A stretch of DNA of 64,000 nucleotides from an uncultured Gammaproteobacteria bacterium. GTDB taxonomy: Bacteria; Patescibacteriota; Patescibacteriia; CAZSQN01. How positions within the stretch are numbered: position 1 is the stretch's first letter; the number at the start of each line of letters is the position of its first letter. Under the pieces are notes generated by a model, which saw only the letters and a list, made by a program, of their open reading frames with translations, ran no database searches and was not told the origin of the DNA. The DNA is taken from contig CAZSQN010000002.1 in the NCBI GenBank assembly GCA_964609095.1, forward strand, positions 88,066 to 152,065. Reading direction: 5' to 3'. Both the position numbers and the translations under genes were made by a program. This document shows positions 27,723 through 37,312 of the stretch, piece after piece.

Positions 27723-30014
27723 TTATCGCAACACTGCCGCGTTAACGCCGCCGCGCATATCTTTGCCATAAGCGTCCACTTGCGAAAAAAGCAGCCCGTC
27801 GGGAGTAAAGGTGCGCAATATCGGATCCGCGCCTGCTCCGGCGCCGGTAATTATCTCGCTTTTGCCGTCGTTGTCAAAATCAAAGGAGGCAAGCGTGACT
27901 CCGGACGATTTGCCGTTTACATACGCCTGAAATTCGTGGCGGAGAATCCCTTTGGCGTTAAAAATCTTCACATTGCGGCGCCGACCTCCGGCCGGAGCAA
28001 TGGCTATTTCGCTTATCTTATCGCCGTCAATGTCAATTGCCTGCGCTTCCACGCCTCCCAAAAAAGATTGCTCATAGGCGAAAAACTCCGAGATTGGAAT
28101 TCCGTCTCCCTGAAAAATCTGCACATGGGGTCCGCCGCCCGGACCGGCGGAAACAATTATTTCGTCATTGCCGTTTCCTTCCACATCTCCGGCGGTTATG
28201 CCAAACGCACCCCTGAATTTGCGCGAAAAAGGAAAAAATCTGTAATGAAGCGTGCCGTCAAAACCAAAAATCCTTACCTCGGCGTCGCGGCCGCCTCCGC
28301 TCGCGGCCACAATCTCGTCTATGCCGTCTCCATTCACATCCGAAGCGGCCACGCGCACGCCTCCGCGGTAAGATGTTTCAAAAGCGAAAAAATTTTTTAT
28401 CGGCGTGCCGTCCGGCTTAAAGACGCGGATATGAGGCCCGCCTCCGGCGCCGGCTCCCGTGATTATCTCCTGGCTTCCGTCTCCGTCCAAATCGCCCGTG
28501 GCAACGGAAACGCCTCCCTTAAAAGACGGCGCGTAAGCCATAAAAGATCTTTCAATTGTTCCGTCGCGGGCGATTATTCTTACTTCCGGCGCGTATTGTC
28601 TTGCCGGCGCGACAACATAACGCGGCTCTGCCGTCGGCACCGCGATGCGGTTCCCGGCTGCCGTGCGCGTGGTATTGCCGGCGCGCAAAGCCGCCGCCAA
28701 GTCCGGTTTTCCCCGGCCGAGCTTTCCGCGAAAATTAGGGTTGACGGAATCAACGGGCACGGCATTGCTAAGGAGCAGGTCCCTCATTTCAATGTTGGTA
28801 AAAGAAAGATCAAAGGCCTTAAGCAAGGCCGCGCCGCCCGCGACTTGCGGAGCGGCCATTGATGTGCCTCGCCAGGGGCCGCCAAAAGCAAGGCCGTAAT
28901 CGGGCAAGGAGGGGTCATAATATTGCGCGCTAAAAATGCCAATGCCGGGAGCAGCCAGGTCCACGCAGCGGCCGTAATTGGAAAACTTTAATTTTTGATC
29001 AAGAGTATCCAAAGCGGCAACGGCTATGACCCAGTTTTCCCCGGACGGGCCGTCGGAGCAAGCCGGATAAACCAACACCGCGTCCATATCAATTCCGTTT
29101 TGCCCGTTCAAGGTTGAGTTGCCGGCCGCCACCACGACAAGCGCTCCGGCGTTATACGCGCGCTCAATCGCCCGCTCCAGCGTGATGCTGCGCTCCGTGC
29201 CAACAAAAGAAAGATTTAAGATCTTAGCCCCGTTTTTAATGGCGTAATCAATGGCCGCGGCAACAGTGGCGGCGTTGCCGGCGCCTTTGGAATCAAGAAC
29301 GCGCAGGGGCATAATTTTAACTTTCCAGGCAACGCCCGCGCCCTCTGAGCCGTTATTGCCGACGGCGCCGATTATTCCGGCCACCACCGTTCCGTGATTT
29401 ATGCCCGTTGCCGTGGCGCCGATGCCAAATTGCGGAGAAACATCGTTTGTTCCCTCAATAAAGTTCCAGCCATGGATATCGTCAATGTAGCCGTTTCCGT
29501 CATCATCTCGGCCGTTGCCGGCGACCTCAAGCGTATTTGTCCAGATATTGCCGGCCAAATCCGGATGGTCCAAATCCAAACCCGTATCCAAAACCGCGAC
29601 AACCGCGTCTTCAGAGCCGGTAGAAACGTCCCATGCCTCCGGCGCGTTGATTTGCGGCAGATGCCACTGCTTTGGGTATTCGGGATCGTTTGGCAAAAGC
29701 GCCATGCCGTAAGAAGCGTTTTTCTCAGCATACTCAACCCAGGGGTTGGCATTATAAATCCGCAGCAGCTCCCCGGCTCCCATGTCCGCAAAAGGCGCGA
29801 CTAAATATGGCTTTTCCCTGCTCCGAAGTTTAACCAAAATCTCTCCGCTATCTTCCAAAGACGAATCCTTATTTCCCAAAGCCAGCCCTTGGCCGGCCGA
29901 AAAGATCAAAAAAGCCGCCAAAAAGACGGCAAAGGGGTAAAAAACAAATAAAAAACGGGTAAAGCGCCGTTCGGAGGGCGCGCAGGAAAAAAATTTTTTA
30001 CAGCCAAAACGCAT
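27723..30014 (-). CDS. S8 subtilase with C-terminal FG-GAP/VCBS-like repeats
   Basis: LDTG, HGT.VAG, AAGN, GTSMAAP triad motifs; five GD.DGDG..EI.....GG.P.V.IF repeats; N-terminal TM. Confidence 0.92.
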   Translation of the reverse strand: MRFGCKKFFSCAPSERRFTRFLFVFYPFAVFLAAFLIFSAGQGLALGNKDSSLEDSGEILVKLRSREKPYLVAPFADMGAGELLRIYNANPWVEYAEKNASYGMALLPNDPEYPKQWHLPQINAPEAWDVSTGSEDAVVAVLDTGLDLDHPDLAGNIWTNTLEVAGNGRDDDGNGYIDDIHGWNFIEGTNDVSPQFGIGATATGINHGTVVAGIIGAVGNNGSEGAGVAWKVKIMPLRVLDSKGAGNAATVAAAIDYAIKNGAKILNLSFVGTERSITLERAIERAYNAGALVVVAAGNSTLNGQNGIDMDAVLVYPACSDGPSGENWVIAVAALDTLDQKLKFSNYGRCVDLAAPGIGIFSAQYYDPSLPDYGLAFGGPWRGTSMAAPQVAGGAALLKAFDLSFTNIEMRDLLLSNAVPVDSVNPNFRGKLGRGKPDLAAALRAGNTTRTAAGNRIAVPTAEPRYVVAPARQYAPEVRIIARDGTIERSFMAYAPSFKGGVSVATGDLDGDGSQEIITGAGAGGGPHIRVFKPDGTPIKNFFAFETSYRGGVRVAASDVNGDGIDEIVAASGGGRDAEVRIFGFDGTLHYRFFPFSRKFRGAFGITAGDVEGNGNDEIIVSAGPGGGPHVQIFQGDGIPISEFFAYEQSFLGGVEAQAIDIDGDKISEIAIAPAGGRRRNVKIFNAKGILRHEFQAYVNGKSSGVTLASFDFDNDGKSEIITGAGAGADPILRTFTPDGLLFSQVDAYGKDMRGGVNAAVLR

Positions 30015-30026
30015 GTCAAAATATAA

Positions 30027-30785
30027 TTATTCTTTAAGTTGTGAAGCGGTTTGATTTGCCAATTTCTCTTCAAGCTCCTTAATCGCGGCCTGATACGGCT
30101 CATGGCCGGGCATAATCAAAGCAAGCTTTTTATACATCTGAAGCGCCTCGGCAAACTGTTCTGTTTCCACAAGATAAGAAACATAATCAGCGGCCAATCT
30201 TAAAACCTCCTGACCGACTAAAACGGCCAAACCCTTTTGGTAAAACGCCCTTATCTCTTCCGGCGTCTTTTTAAGGTCGTAGCGCATCAGCTCTGCTCTC
30301 GCGATGTATATTCCGGCTTCTCCGGGATTGCTTTTGATGGCTTCAAGATAATATCGGTCGGCTCGCTCAAATTCTTTTAAATAACGAAGAACATTGGCGG
30401 CATTCAAAAATGGCAAGTAATTTCTATCGCCAAATTTTTTTATAGCTTTGTCATAAACGTCCAGCGCGTTGCGGTAAAACACGGCTTCAGTGGTTGCGTC
30501 GGCAACGCTTTTCCATCTAAAACCGGCTGATAAATACATTTCTAAATTATCTTCATCCTTTTTAAGGAGCTTATCGCCTTCTTTGGCCGCGCTATAAAGC
30601 TCGGACCACGCGGGATTATTTTTTATTTTTGCCGCGACGCGCCGCTCTTCTTTGAAGGCGGAGGCAATGTTTAGCGCGGGCGGGAGGAGCAGGATAAGCG
30701 CGAGAAGCAACGCGAAAACAACTAAAATCCGGCGGCGTTTCCCGGCAAAAAAATTATTAATTTGAGCAACAAATTGATTGTTCAT
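30027..30785 (-). CDS. membrane-anchored TPR-like protein
   Basis: N-terminal TM; A...Y..AI...P helical repeats; start moved to MNNQ. Confidence 0.7.
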   Translation of the reverse strand: MNNQFVAQINNFFAGKRRRILVVFALLLALILLLPPALNIASAFKEERRVAAKIKNNPAWSELYSAAKEGDKLLKKDEDNLEMYLSAGFRWKSVADATTEAVFYRNALDVYDKAIKKFGDRNYLPFLNAANVLRYLKEFERADRYYLEAIKSNPGEAGIYIARAELMRYDLKKTPEEIRAFYQKGLAVLVGQEVLRLAADYVSYLVETEQFAEALQMYKKLALIMPGHEPYQAAIKELEEKLANQTASQLKE

Positions 30786-30786
30786 A

Positions 30787-30906
30787 CCCCGCACATAATT
30801 TATTTAATACTAAATAGTCAAACAACCTATATTTTAATTGTTATTTTTAACATGTCTTAATTCTTTAATCAAATAAACATGAAATATAAACAAATTATGT
30901 GCGGGG
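30787..30906. mobile_element. miniature inverted-repeat element E5
   Basis: ccccgcacataatttattta ... taaacaaattatgtgcgggg, flanked on both sides by cata. Confidence 0.75.
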
Positions 30907-30991
30907 CATAGTATTGAATATCGGCGGTTTTTCTGGTATGATGCTTCTCGGTTATTCTAACATTAAATTAAGCCGATTTCAAGCACAAAAC

Positions 30992-32356
30992 ATGCTTCTG
31001 CGCCTAAAACAATTAATGCTTTTTACAGGGGATATTGTCATCCTCTATTTATCGCTGTTTCTTACTTTTTTGACCCGTTACGGAACGCCAACGGATAAAG
31101 AGCCGTGGCAGGACCACTTTTGGCCATTCACGGTCATTTTTTCCGTCTGGATAACAATCTTTTACATCAACGGCCTTTATGATTTGGCTTTATCTAAAAA
31201 TGACGTCCGTTTTTACCGCCGTTTTTTTGAAAGTTTGGCCATAGGCGGACTTGTCGCTATCGGCTTTTTCTACCTTACCCCGTCAATAGGCATCGCGCCC
31301 AAAACAAACTTTTTCCTGCAAATGTTGTTTTTCACCGTTCTTTTTATTCTCTGGCGGGCGCTTTGGAACAGGACGGTAATCACAGCCGTTTGGAAAACAA
31401 AAATTCTTTTTATCGGGAGTTCCTCCCAGGCGCGGGAATTATATGATGCCATCAAGGCCGTGCCTCAATACGGATTCATCCTTTGGGCGGTTTTGCCGGA
31501 CGCGCCAAACCCGTCTTTGCCAACGGATGTTAAAATTGTGCCTGACGCAAACGGACTGCCCGGCTTTATCCGCCAAGAAGGAATAATGACGGTGGTGCTG
31601 GGCGCCAAGCCGGAAGCGTCATCCTCCATCTCCAGAGCGCTTTATCAGGCTCTTTTCCTTCAGATTAATTTCGCCGACGCGGCGGAATTTATGGAATCAA
31701 TTACCGGAAGAATCCCCACCGCCCGCCTTTCCGAGGCATGGTTTCTTGAAAATCTAAAAGAAACAAAAAAATCCGCTTTCACCATTATCAAAACCGCAAC
31801 CGATTATCTTTTGGCCGTTATCCTGGGCGGCATTCTTTTAATTTTTATTCCGCTTATCGCCTTGGGCAACCTGATTGCCAATCCGGGCGCGCTGTTTTAC
31901 AAACAAAAGCGCGTCGGAGCAAAAGGAAAACAATTTTTCATTTATAAATTCAGGACAATGTTCCCCGACGCGGAGGCAAACGGAGCCGTCTTCGCGTTAA
32001 AAAACGATTCGCGCGTTACCGCTCTGGGGAAATTTTTGCGCAAGACCCGCCTTGATGAACTGCCGCAGGTTTGGAATATCCTCCGCGGAGAAATGAGCTT
32101 TATCGGCCCGCGCCCGGAGCGGCCGGAGTTTGTAGGCGAGCTCCAAGCGGCTATGCCCTTTTACAATCTCCGCCACCTTATCAAACCCGGACTTACCGGC
32201 TGGGCGCAGATAAACTTCCCTTACGCCGGCTCAATAGAAGAAAATCTCAAAAAACTCCAGTACGATTTGTATTACGTAAAAAACCGCTCCCTGATTTTGG
32301 ACTTGGCCATTCTTCTTAAAACAATAAATATAGTCGCGCGCTGGATGGGCCGCTAA
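30992..32356 (+). CDS. priming polyprenyl-phosphate sugar phosphotransferase (WcaJ/WbaP family)
   Basis: KFRTM, D.RVT..G.FLRKTRLDELPQ, MSFIGPRPE, KPGLTGWAQ, DLYY. Confidence 0.95.
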   Translation: MLLRLKQLMLFTGDIVILYLSLFLTFLTRYGTPTDKEPWQDHFWPFTVIFSVWITIFYINGLYDLALSKNDVRFYRRFFESLAIGGLVAIGFFYLTPSIGIAPKTNFFLQMLFFTVLFILWRALWNRTVITAVWKTKILFIGSSSQARELYDAIKAVPQYGFILWAVLPDAPNPSLPTDVKIVPDANGLPGFIRQEGIMTVVLGAKPEASSSISRALYQALFLQINFADAAEFMESITGRIPTARLSEAWFLENLKETKKSAFTIIKTATDYLLAVILGGILLIFIPLIALGNLIANPGALFYKQKRVGAKGKQFFIYKFRTMFPDAEANGAVFALKNDSRVTALGKFLRKTRLDELPQVWNILRGEMSFIGPRPERPEFVGELQAAMPFYNLRHLIKPGLTGWAQINFPYAGSIEENLKKLQYDLYYVKNRSLILDLAILLKTINIVARWMGR

Positions 32357-32384
32357 GCGCGTGCCGCGCTCGGATGAAAATATA

Positions 32385-32412
32385 AAACCCCCCGATTAAA
32401 CATCGGGGGTTT
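32385..32412. terminator. bidirectional terminator between convergent genes
   Basis: aaaccccccgat/atcgggggttt. Confidence 0.75.
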
Positions 32413-32423
32413 ATTATTTTTTA

Positions 32424-33329
32424 TCACTCTACTCCATTCATTTTTTTAAGCTCCGCCACGCTTGCCGCAAAATCCGCCTGCGGCCGCCAGCCAAGCAATT
32501 TGCCGGCCAAACTTATATCCGCCCTATTGCGCAAAATCTCTCCCGGGCGAGCCGGAAGATTAACCATGCTTCCGCCTATCATCCGCGCCACTTCATTCAC
32601 GCTTTTGTCGCTTCCCGCGCCAACATTAATTATCTCACCATGTCCGGCATTGCCGGAATTCATCGCCATTAGATTGGCGCGGACAACATCTTTCACATGG
32701 GTAAAATCCCGCGTCTGTTCGCCGTCGCCGGTAATAGTTAGGGACTCGCCTGCTTTCTTTTGCCGCAAAAACACGCCTATAACCGTGGCATAAGCCCCAT
32801 CAGAGGCCATCCGCGGCCCATAGACGTTAAAATAACGCAAAGAAACCGTTTCCAGTCCGTACAAATCGTAAAAAAGCTTGGCGTAATATTCGCCCGTAAG
32901 CTTCTGCAGGGCGTAAGGATTAAGCGGGGAAGGCGGCAAATCTTCCGTCACGGGCAACTTGGGCTGATTGCCATAAGCCGAAGACGACGCCGAATAAACA
33001 ACCCGTTTAACGGCTGCGTCGCGGGCCGCCACAAGCACATTTAAAGTCCCGACGACATTGGCCTGATGCGTTTCTTGCGGCGCTTCAATGGAGCGGGGAA
33101 TCCTCGGCAAAGCCGCAACATGAAATACGCCGTCAATACCATCAAAAAACGGCTTAATGGCGTTAAAATCGGAAATATCAACTTCGTGGAAATCCGCGCG
33201 AGGATTTAAGTTTTCACGCTTGCCGGTTGAAAGATTATCCAAGACCACAACCTCGTGCCCTTCGCCAAGAAGAGCGTCAACAAGATTTGATCCGATAAAT
33301 CCGGCTCCGCCGGTAACGAGATATTTCAT
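32424..33329 (-). CDS. NAD-dependent nucleotide-sugar epimerase (WbpP-like SDR)
   Basis: TGGAGFIGS, YSASSSAYG, PYALQK, LRYFNVYGP, QTRDF. Confidence 0.92.
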   Translation of the reverse strand: MKYLVTGGAGFIGSNLVDALLGEGHEVVVLDNLSTGKRENLNPRADFHEVDISDFNAIKPFFDGIDGVFHVAALPRIPRSIEAPQETHQANVVGTLNVLVAARDAAVKRVVYSASSSAYGNQPKLPVTEDLPPSPLNPYALQKLTGEYYAKLFYDLYGLETVSLRYFNVYGPRMASDGAYATVIGVFLRQKKAGESLTITGDGEQTRDFTHVKDVVRANLMAMNSGNAGHGEIINVGAGSDKSVNEVARMIGGSMVNLPARPGEILRNRADISLAGKLLGWRPQADFAASVAELKKMNGVE

Positions 33330-33333
33330 ATAA

Positions 33334-33400
33334 ATTAGCGTTTAGCGATTAGCGTATAGCGTTTAGTTTCCTAAACCCTAAACGCTAAACCCTACACCCT
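33334..33400. repeat. 7-nt periodic inverted array overlapping the ugd-like stop
   Basis: (a/t)ttagcg-type unit x4 ... (c/g)ctaaac-type unit x4. Confidence 0.85.
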
Positions 33401-34262
33401 CGCCGTGAAACGGCGCCAGAGGCGGCGCGTATGACTTATTGTCCGTTGTCTGAGGCCGTGCTGGCGCGCCGGGCGCTATGGCTTCTTTGGCGCGCAGTTT
33501 GTTGTTAATCTCTTCCGCTTTTTTAAGCAAATCCATTTGCACGCCGATACTCTCTCCGTATTGGATCAAAGCGCGCGTGTCTTTGGGCAAGCACGCTCCG
33601 CCGTAGCCGCGATAGCCGCCGTGAAATATTTCCAAATGCGACGGCCCGATGCGCTTATCCGCCGCCACGCATTCCTTAACAATATTATAGTCAACTCCGG
33701 CGCCAACGCAGAGATCGTACATCTGATTGGCAAACACCACTTTGGCGGAAAACCAGGTGTTGCCAAAATACTTAATCATTTCCGCTTCTTTTGCGGGCAC
33801 AACGCGTTCAAACGGAGCAAGCGGCAAAATCGCGATTAGCGTCCCGGCCGCGTTATAACTTTTGGCGGTATAGCCGACTATCTGCCTGTCGGGAAAAGAC
33901 ATATCGTTATCAGCGGATGACTGAGTCAAAAATTCCGGATTGAACAAAAATTTATGCTGCGGAAATTCTTCCTGTAAGACATCGGTTGTCCCGGGAAGAA
34001 CCGTTGATTTTATAACGACTATTTTTTCTCCGGTTAACGCGCCAATTGCCGCCTTTACGTACGAAAGGTCAAAACCGCCGTTAGCCTCGTCATAAGGGGT
34101 GGGCACGCATATAAAAACAATATCGGCTCTGTTTACTTCTTCTAACGAGCCCTCATTTTTATATTTATCAAAACAAAAGGGCTGGACTCCCCGTTTTTCA
34201 AAATATCGTTTAATCGCTCCGCCGACCATGCCGGCGGAACCCACGATGCCTATCAATGCCAT
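33378..34262 (-). CDS. UDP-glucose/GDP-mannose dehydrogenase family, short form
   Basis: ICVPTP, KSTVLPGT, NPEFL, AEMIKY..N, GYGGACLPKD; lacks the C-terminal domain. Confidence 0.85.
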   Translation of the reverse strand: MALIGIVGSAGMVGGAIKRYFEKRGVQPFCFDKYKNEGSLEEVNRADIVFICVPTPYDEANGGFDLSYVKAAIGALTGEKIVVIKSTVLPGTTDVLQEEFPQHKFLFNPEFLTQSSADNDMSFPDRQIVGYTAKSYNAAGTLIAILPLAPFERVVPAKEAEMIKYFGNTWFSAKVVFANQMYDLCVGAGVDYNIVKECVAADKRIGPSHLEIFHGGYRGYGGACLPKDTRALIQYGESIGVQMDLLKKAEEINNKLRAKEAIAPGAPARPQTTDNKSYAPPLAPFHGEGVGFSV

Positions 34263-34283
34263 ATTTCAAGTATTAAAGATAAC

Positions 34284-36161
34284 TTAAGGCAAATACGGCT
34301 TTAATCTCTGAAGCGCCGCTCTAAAGCCCTCATAATTATTCAAATGCCCCTCCCAAATCTCCGGCGTCCATGAGAACGTCTGATTCTTCAAGATATCAAA
34401 TACCTTGCCGAATTCTATTTCTCCTTCGCCGATATTCACTGCTTCCACCGTAATCCCCGAAGCGTCGGCAATATGAATATGGTCGGTTATCGGCGCGACG
34501 GTTCTCACGTAATCCAGATAATCTTTTCCCGCAAAATTACAATACAATTTGGAGTGCGCCGTGTCAAAGCACATTTTGAGCCCGAGGCCGCGGCAAAATT
34601 GAACCATTTCTTCCGCGTCCATAAAAACCTTGTGAAACCATTGGCCGGCAAAATACCAGGCGAACGGAGGCAGGTTTTCAGGCAGGAGCGTGATACCGTC
34701 ATAAGAAAGGCGGCTTATGGCCTCATGCGCCCGCTCCAAAAGCAATTTGCCGTCCATCGGCTTCTGGTCCATAACCATACCGCCGGTATGAATGACGTAT
34801 TTGGGCGCGCCGGAAAAATAAGGCGCGAGCTGGCGCGTCAAATCCAAAGATTTTTGAATGAATTTAATTGACCTGTTCCATTCTTCGTCATCCAACGAAC
34901 AAAGGTCATTCATCCGCCTTTGCCAGTAATCGGGAGCGTGGATTACCAGCATTTGGTCGTATTTTCTCTTCGGCTCCCATCCCTCTTCCACATCGCGGTC
35001 GGTCAAATGAAACTCAAAAAACTTGGGATTAAAAAGCGCGGCAAAATCCGCCTCGTGAAAACGGGTCTTTAAACCCCACAAGGATTTATAATCATAATGT
35101 TCGGGCTTAAAATTTTCCCCGCGAAGGTCCGCCTCGGTAAAAAGATCGTCTTTGGGTATGTCGCGCAAGGCCTTGACTCCGACCAGTTCATAAATCTTCT
35201 GCGGAGAAAGGCCTTTTGCCGGACCTTTGACCGTAATCATTTCTTTGGTTATTTCCGTTCCCTTTTTAATATCCGCTGCCGCGACCAAGCTTTTGCCAAG
35301 CACTTTCCTATTCATTATCTCGCCGTGGCTGCGCACTTTGGACGGAGCGCCAAGCGCCTTTTCAATTTCCCTTATACTTTTTACCATCTGACTAAATTCT
35401 TCCGGTTCCAAACTTGCCAGATGATCCGGGCCTTCGTCATGGCGGTTTAAAGTAATATGCCGCTCAACAATGCACGCGCCGCGCGCCACGGCCGCAAGCG
35501 ACGGGTTCATCCCCCGCTCATGACCGGAATATCCGACAGGCACGCCAAAAAGCTCGCGAAGCTTGTCAATAAACAAAAGGTTTAAATCCTCAATGGGAGC
35601 GGGATAAACCCCGACGCAATGAAGAAGCGCGAAGTTCACTCCGAGTTTTTGAAGAAACTCCACGGAATTTTTTGTTTCCAAAATGGTTGAAAGCCCGGTT
35701 GAGGCGATAACCGGCTTAGAGGTCGCGGCAATCCGTTCCAGCAAAGGGAAGTTGGTAAGGTCGCAAGAAGCGATTTTATAAAAATCAACATTAAGTTTTT
35801 CAAGAAAATCAACGCTCGGAATGTCAAAAGGCGTGCATAAAAACTGCGCGCCCTTGGCCTCCGTGTATTCTTTCAGCTCCTTCATCTGCTCAAAGCTCAA
35901 ATCGCATTCGCGGTAAATCGGCAGAATATAGCTAAAGCTCTGTTCGCCCAAGTTTGGGTTTTCCAGCAATTTTTTCTGGTACAATGTCTCAAGATCGCGT
36001 TTTTGAAACTTTACGACATCGGCGCCGGCAGCTACGGCGGCGGAAACGAGTTCTTTGGCGCGCGAAAAACTGCCGTTATAATTTATGCCGATTTCGGCAA
36101 TGATCATAACCGGCTTTCCTTGCCCGACTTCAAATTTCCCCAATCTAATATTTTTGGGCAT
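34284..36161 (-). CDS. neuB: nonulosonate synthase NeuB + SAF domain fused to a C-terminal xylose-isomerase/AP-endonuclease-like TIM barrel
   Basis: IAEIGIN, VKFQKR, KIAS.D, LLHC..YP, GYSGHE, ERHITL, GPDH.ASLEP; tail ENLPP..WYF.GQ, CFD.AH, HIHIADA, PEIW.GH. Confidence 0.88.
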   Translation of the reverse strand: MPKNIRLGKFEVGQGKPVMIIAEIGINYNGSFSRAKELVSAAVAAGADVVKFQKRDLETLYQKKLLENPNLGEQSFSYILPIYRECDLSFEQMKELKEYTEAKGAQFLCTPFDIPSVDFLEKLNVDFYKIASCDLTNFPLLERIAATSKPVIASTGLSTILETKNSVEFLQKLGVNFALLHCVGVYPAPIEDLNLLFIDKLRELFGVPVGYSGHERGMNPSLAAVARGACIVERHITLNRHDEGPDHLASLEPEEFSQMVKSIREIEKALGAPSKVRSHGEIMNRKVLGKSLVAAADIKKGTEITKEMITVKGPAKGLSPQKIYELVGVKALRDIPKDDLFTEADLRGENFKPEHYDYKSLWGLKTRFHEADFAALFNPKFFEFHLTDRDVEEGWEPKRKYDQMLVIHAPDYWQRRMNDLCSLDDEEWNRSIKFIQKSLDLTRQLAPYFSGAPKYVIHTGGMVMDQKPMDGKLLLERAHEAISRLSYDGITLLPENLPPFAWYFAGQWFHKVFMDAEEMVQFCRGLGLKMCFDTAHSKLYCNFAGKDYLDYVRTVAPITDHIHIADASGITVEAVNIGEGEIEFGKVFDILKNQTFSWTPEIWEGHLNNYEGFRAALQRLKPYLP

Positions 36162-36210
36162 ATTAAACAAGTTTATCATAAAAACCGCGCCTGTCAATTC
36201 TTTCTCTCTC

Positions 36211-37302
36211 TTAATCCGCCTTCAACGAAACGCGTTTGCCATCCCTCCACGATTCCATCGCGGCAAAGCTCGCTTCCAATGTCTTAAGCGCGTCAGCGCC
36301 GTCAATAACGGGCTTGCCGCCGCGGCAAAGAAGCTCCAAAAAATGCCATATTTCCTCCACAAACATATCATTTCTGTTCATTTCCGAAGGATATGTCTCC
36401 GTCCGTTTCGGTTCGGCATAATAAACATCAATCCTATTGGCAGACATATACGAATCCCAAAAAATTGACCCCTTCTCGCCGGTCACCCACATTTCCTTGC
36501 GCGGACGCCTGCCAAGCGCGTCAAGATGAATTGATGAAACAATCCCATTTTGGTGCAGGCAAATCAGTTTGGAGAGATCATCGGTATCCACCGTCACTTC
36601 GCCGACCCGCCCGACAAAAGCCATCACCTCTTTAACCTCGCCAAAAAGCCAGCGGGCAAAATCAATGGTGTGATTTTCATCCAAAAGCTCGCCGCCGCCA
36701 AGATTCTTATTGCCCATATACCATGCGCCGGGCTTCTCCCACGGGTGCCATCCGGGCAGCCATTCTGAAAAAGTAATCTCCGCCGCGAATATCTTGCCGA
36801 TGGCTCCGGCTTTAAGCAATTCTTCAATCTTTTTGAGCGAATCGGAAAAACGGTAAGTATAGCCGACAAAAACAAAACGTTTAGCCGCATCCGCGGCGCG
36901 CAAAAAATCAGCCACGCCTTCCAAGCGGTCGGAAATGGCTTTTTCCATCAAAATGTGAGCGCCGTGAGCCACGGCTTTATTGCCGCTGTCTATGTGGAAA
37001 GCGGTCGGATTGGCAATAATCACGCCGTCAAACTTGCCGTTGGCATAGGCCTCGTCTTCGGACGCGTATAAAACAACTTCGCCAAAACGTTCACGGAGCT
37101 CCGCCCGGCGGTCTTCGCGCGGCTCCACGACCGCGACATTACTAGCTCCAAGGCCAAGCAGATTTCCAAGATGCCTTTTGCCGATTGAGCCGCCGCCGAC
37201 AATTAAAATCTTTACCCGCTCAAGGAACTCGCGGGGAACGCGGGGATTTTCCATCCTGTTTTTCCATTTGTAGTAATCGCTATGTTCTACCCAGCCAATC
37301 AT
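36211..37302 (-). CDS. Gfo/Idh/MocA oxidoreductase
   Basis: VGGGSIGKRH, NPT..H, MEK, GY.YRF, GGG.LLD..H.ID; start uncertain. Confidence 0.9.
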   Translation of the reverse strand: MIGWVEHSDYYKWKNRMENPRVPREFLERVKILIVGGGSIGKRHLGNLLGLGASNVAVVEPREDRRAELRERFGEVVLYASEDEAYANGKFDGVIIANPTAFHIDSGNKAVAHGAHILMEKAISDRLEGVADFLRAADAAKRFVFVGYTYRFSDSLKKIEELLKAGAIGKIFAAEITFSEWLPGWHPWEKPGAWYMGNKNLGGGELLDENHTIDFARWLFGEVKEVMAFVGRVGEVTVDTDDLSKLICLHQNGIVSSIHLDALGRRPRKEMWVTGEKGSIFWDSYMSANRIDVYYAEPKRTETYPSEMNRNDMFVEEIWHFLELLCRGGKPVIDGADALKTLEASFAAMESWRDGKRVSLKAD

Positions 37303-37312
37303 AAAATAAAAA

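Noticed and set aside
27780-28862. 360-aa plus-strand ORF, and the many other short overlapping ORFs
   Set aside because: Antisense or alternate-frame shadows of well-supported genes; no motifs or initiation signals
10515-30794. Shared MRGM N-terminus on three proteins as a targeting peptide
   Set aside because: Artefact of a GTG in the adjacent inverted-repeat element; true starts are the following ATG
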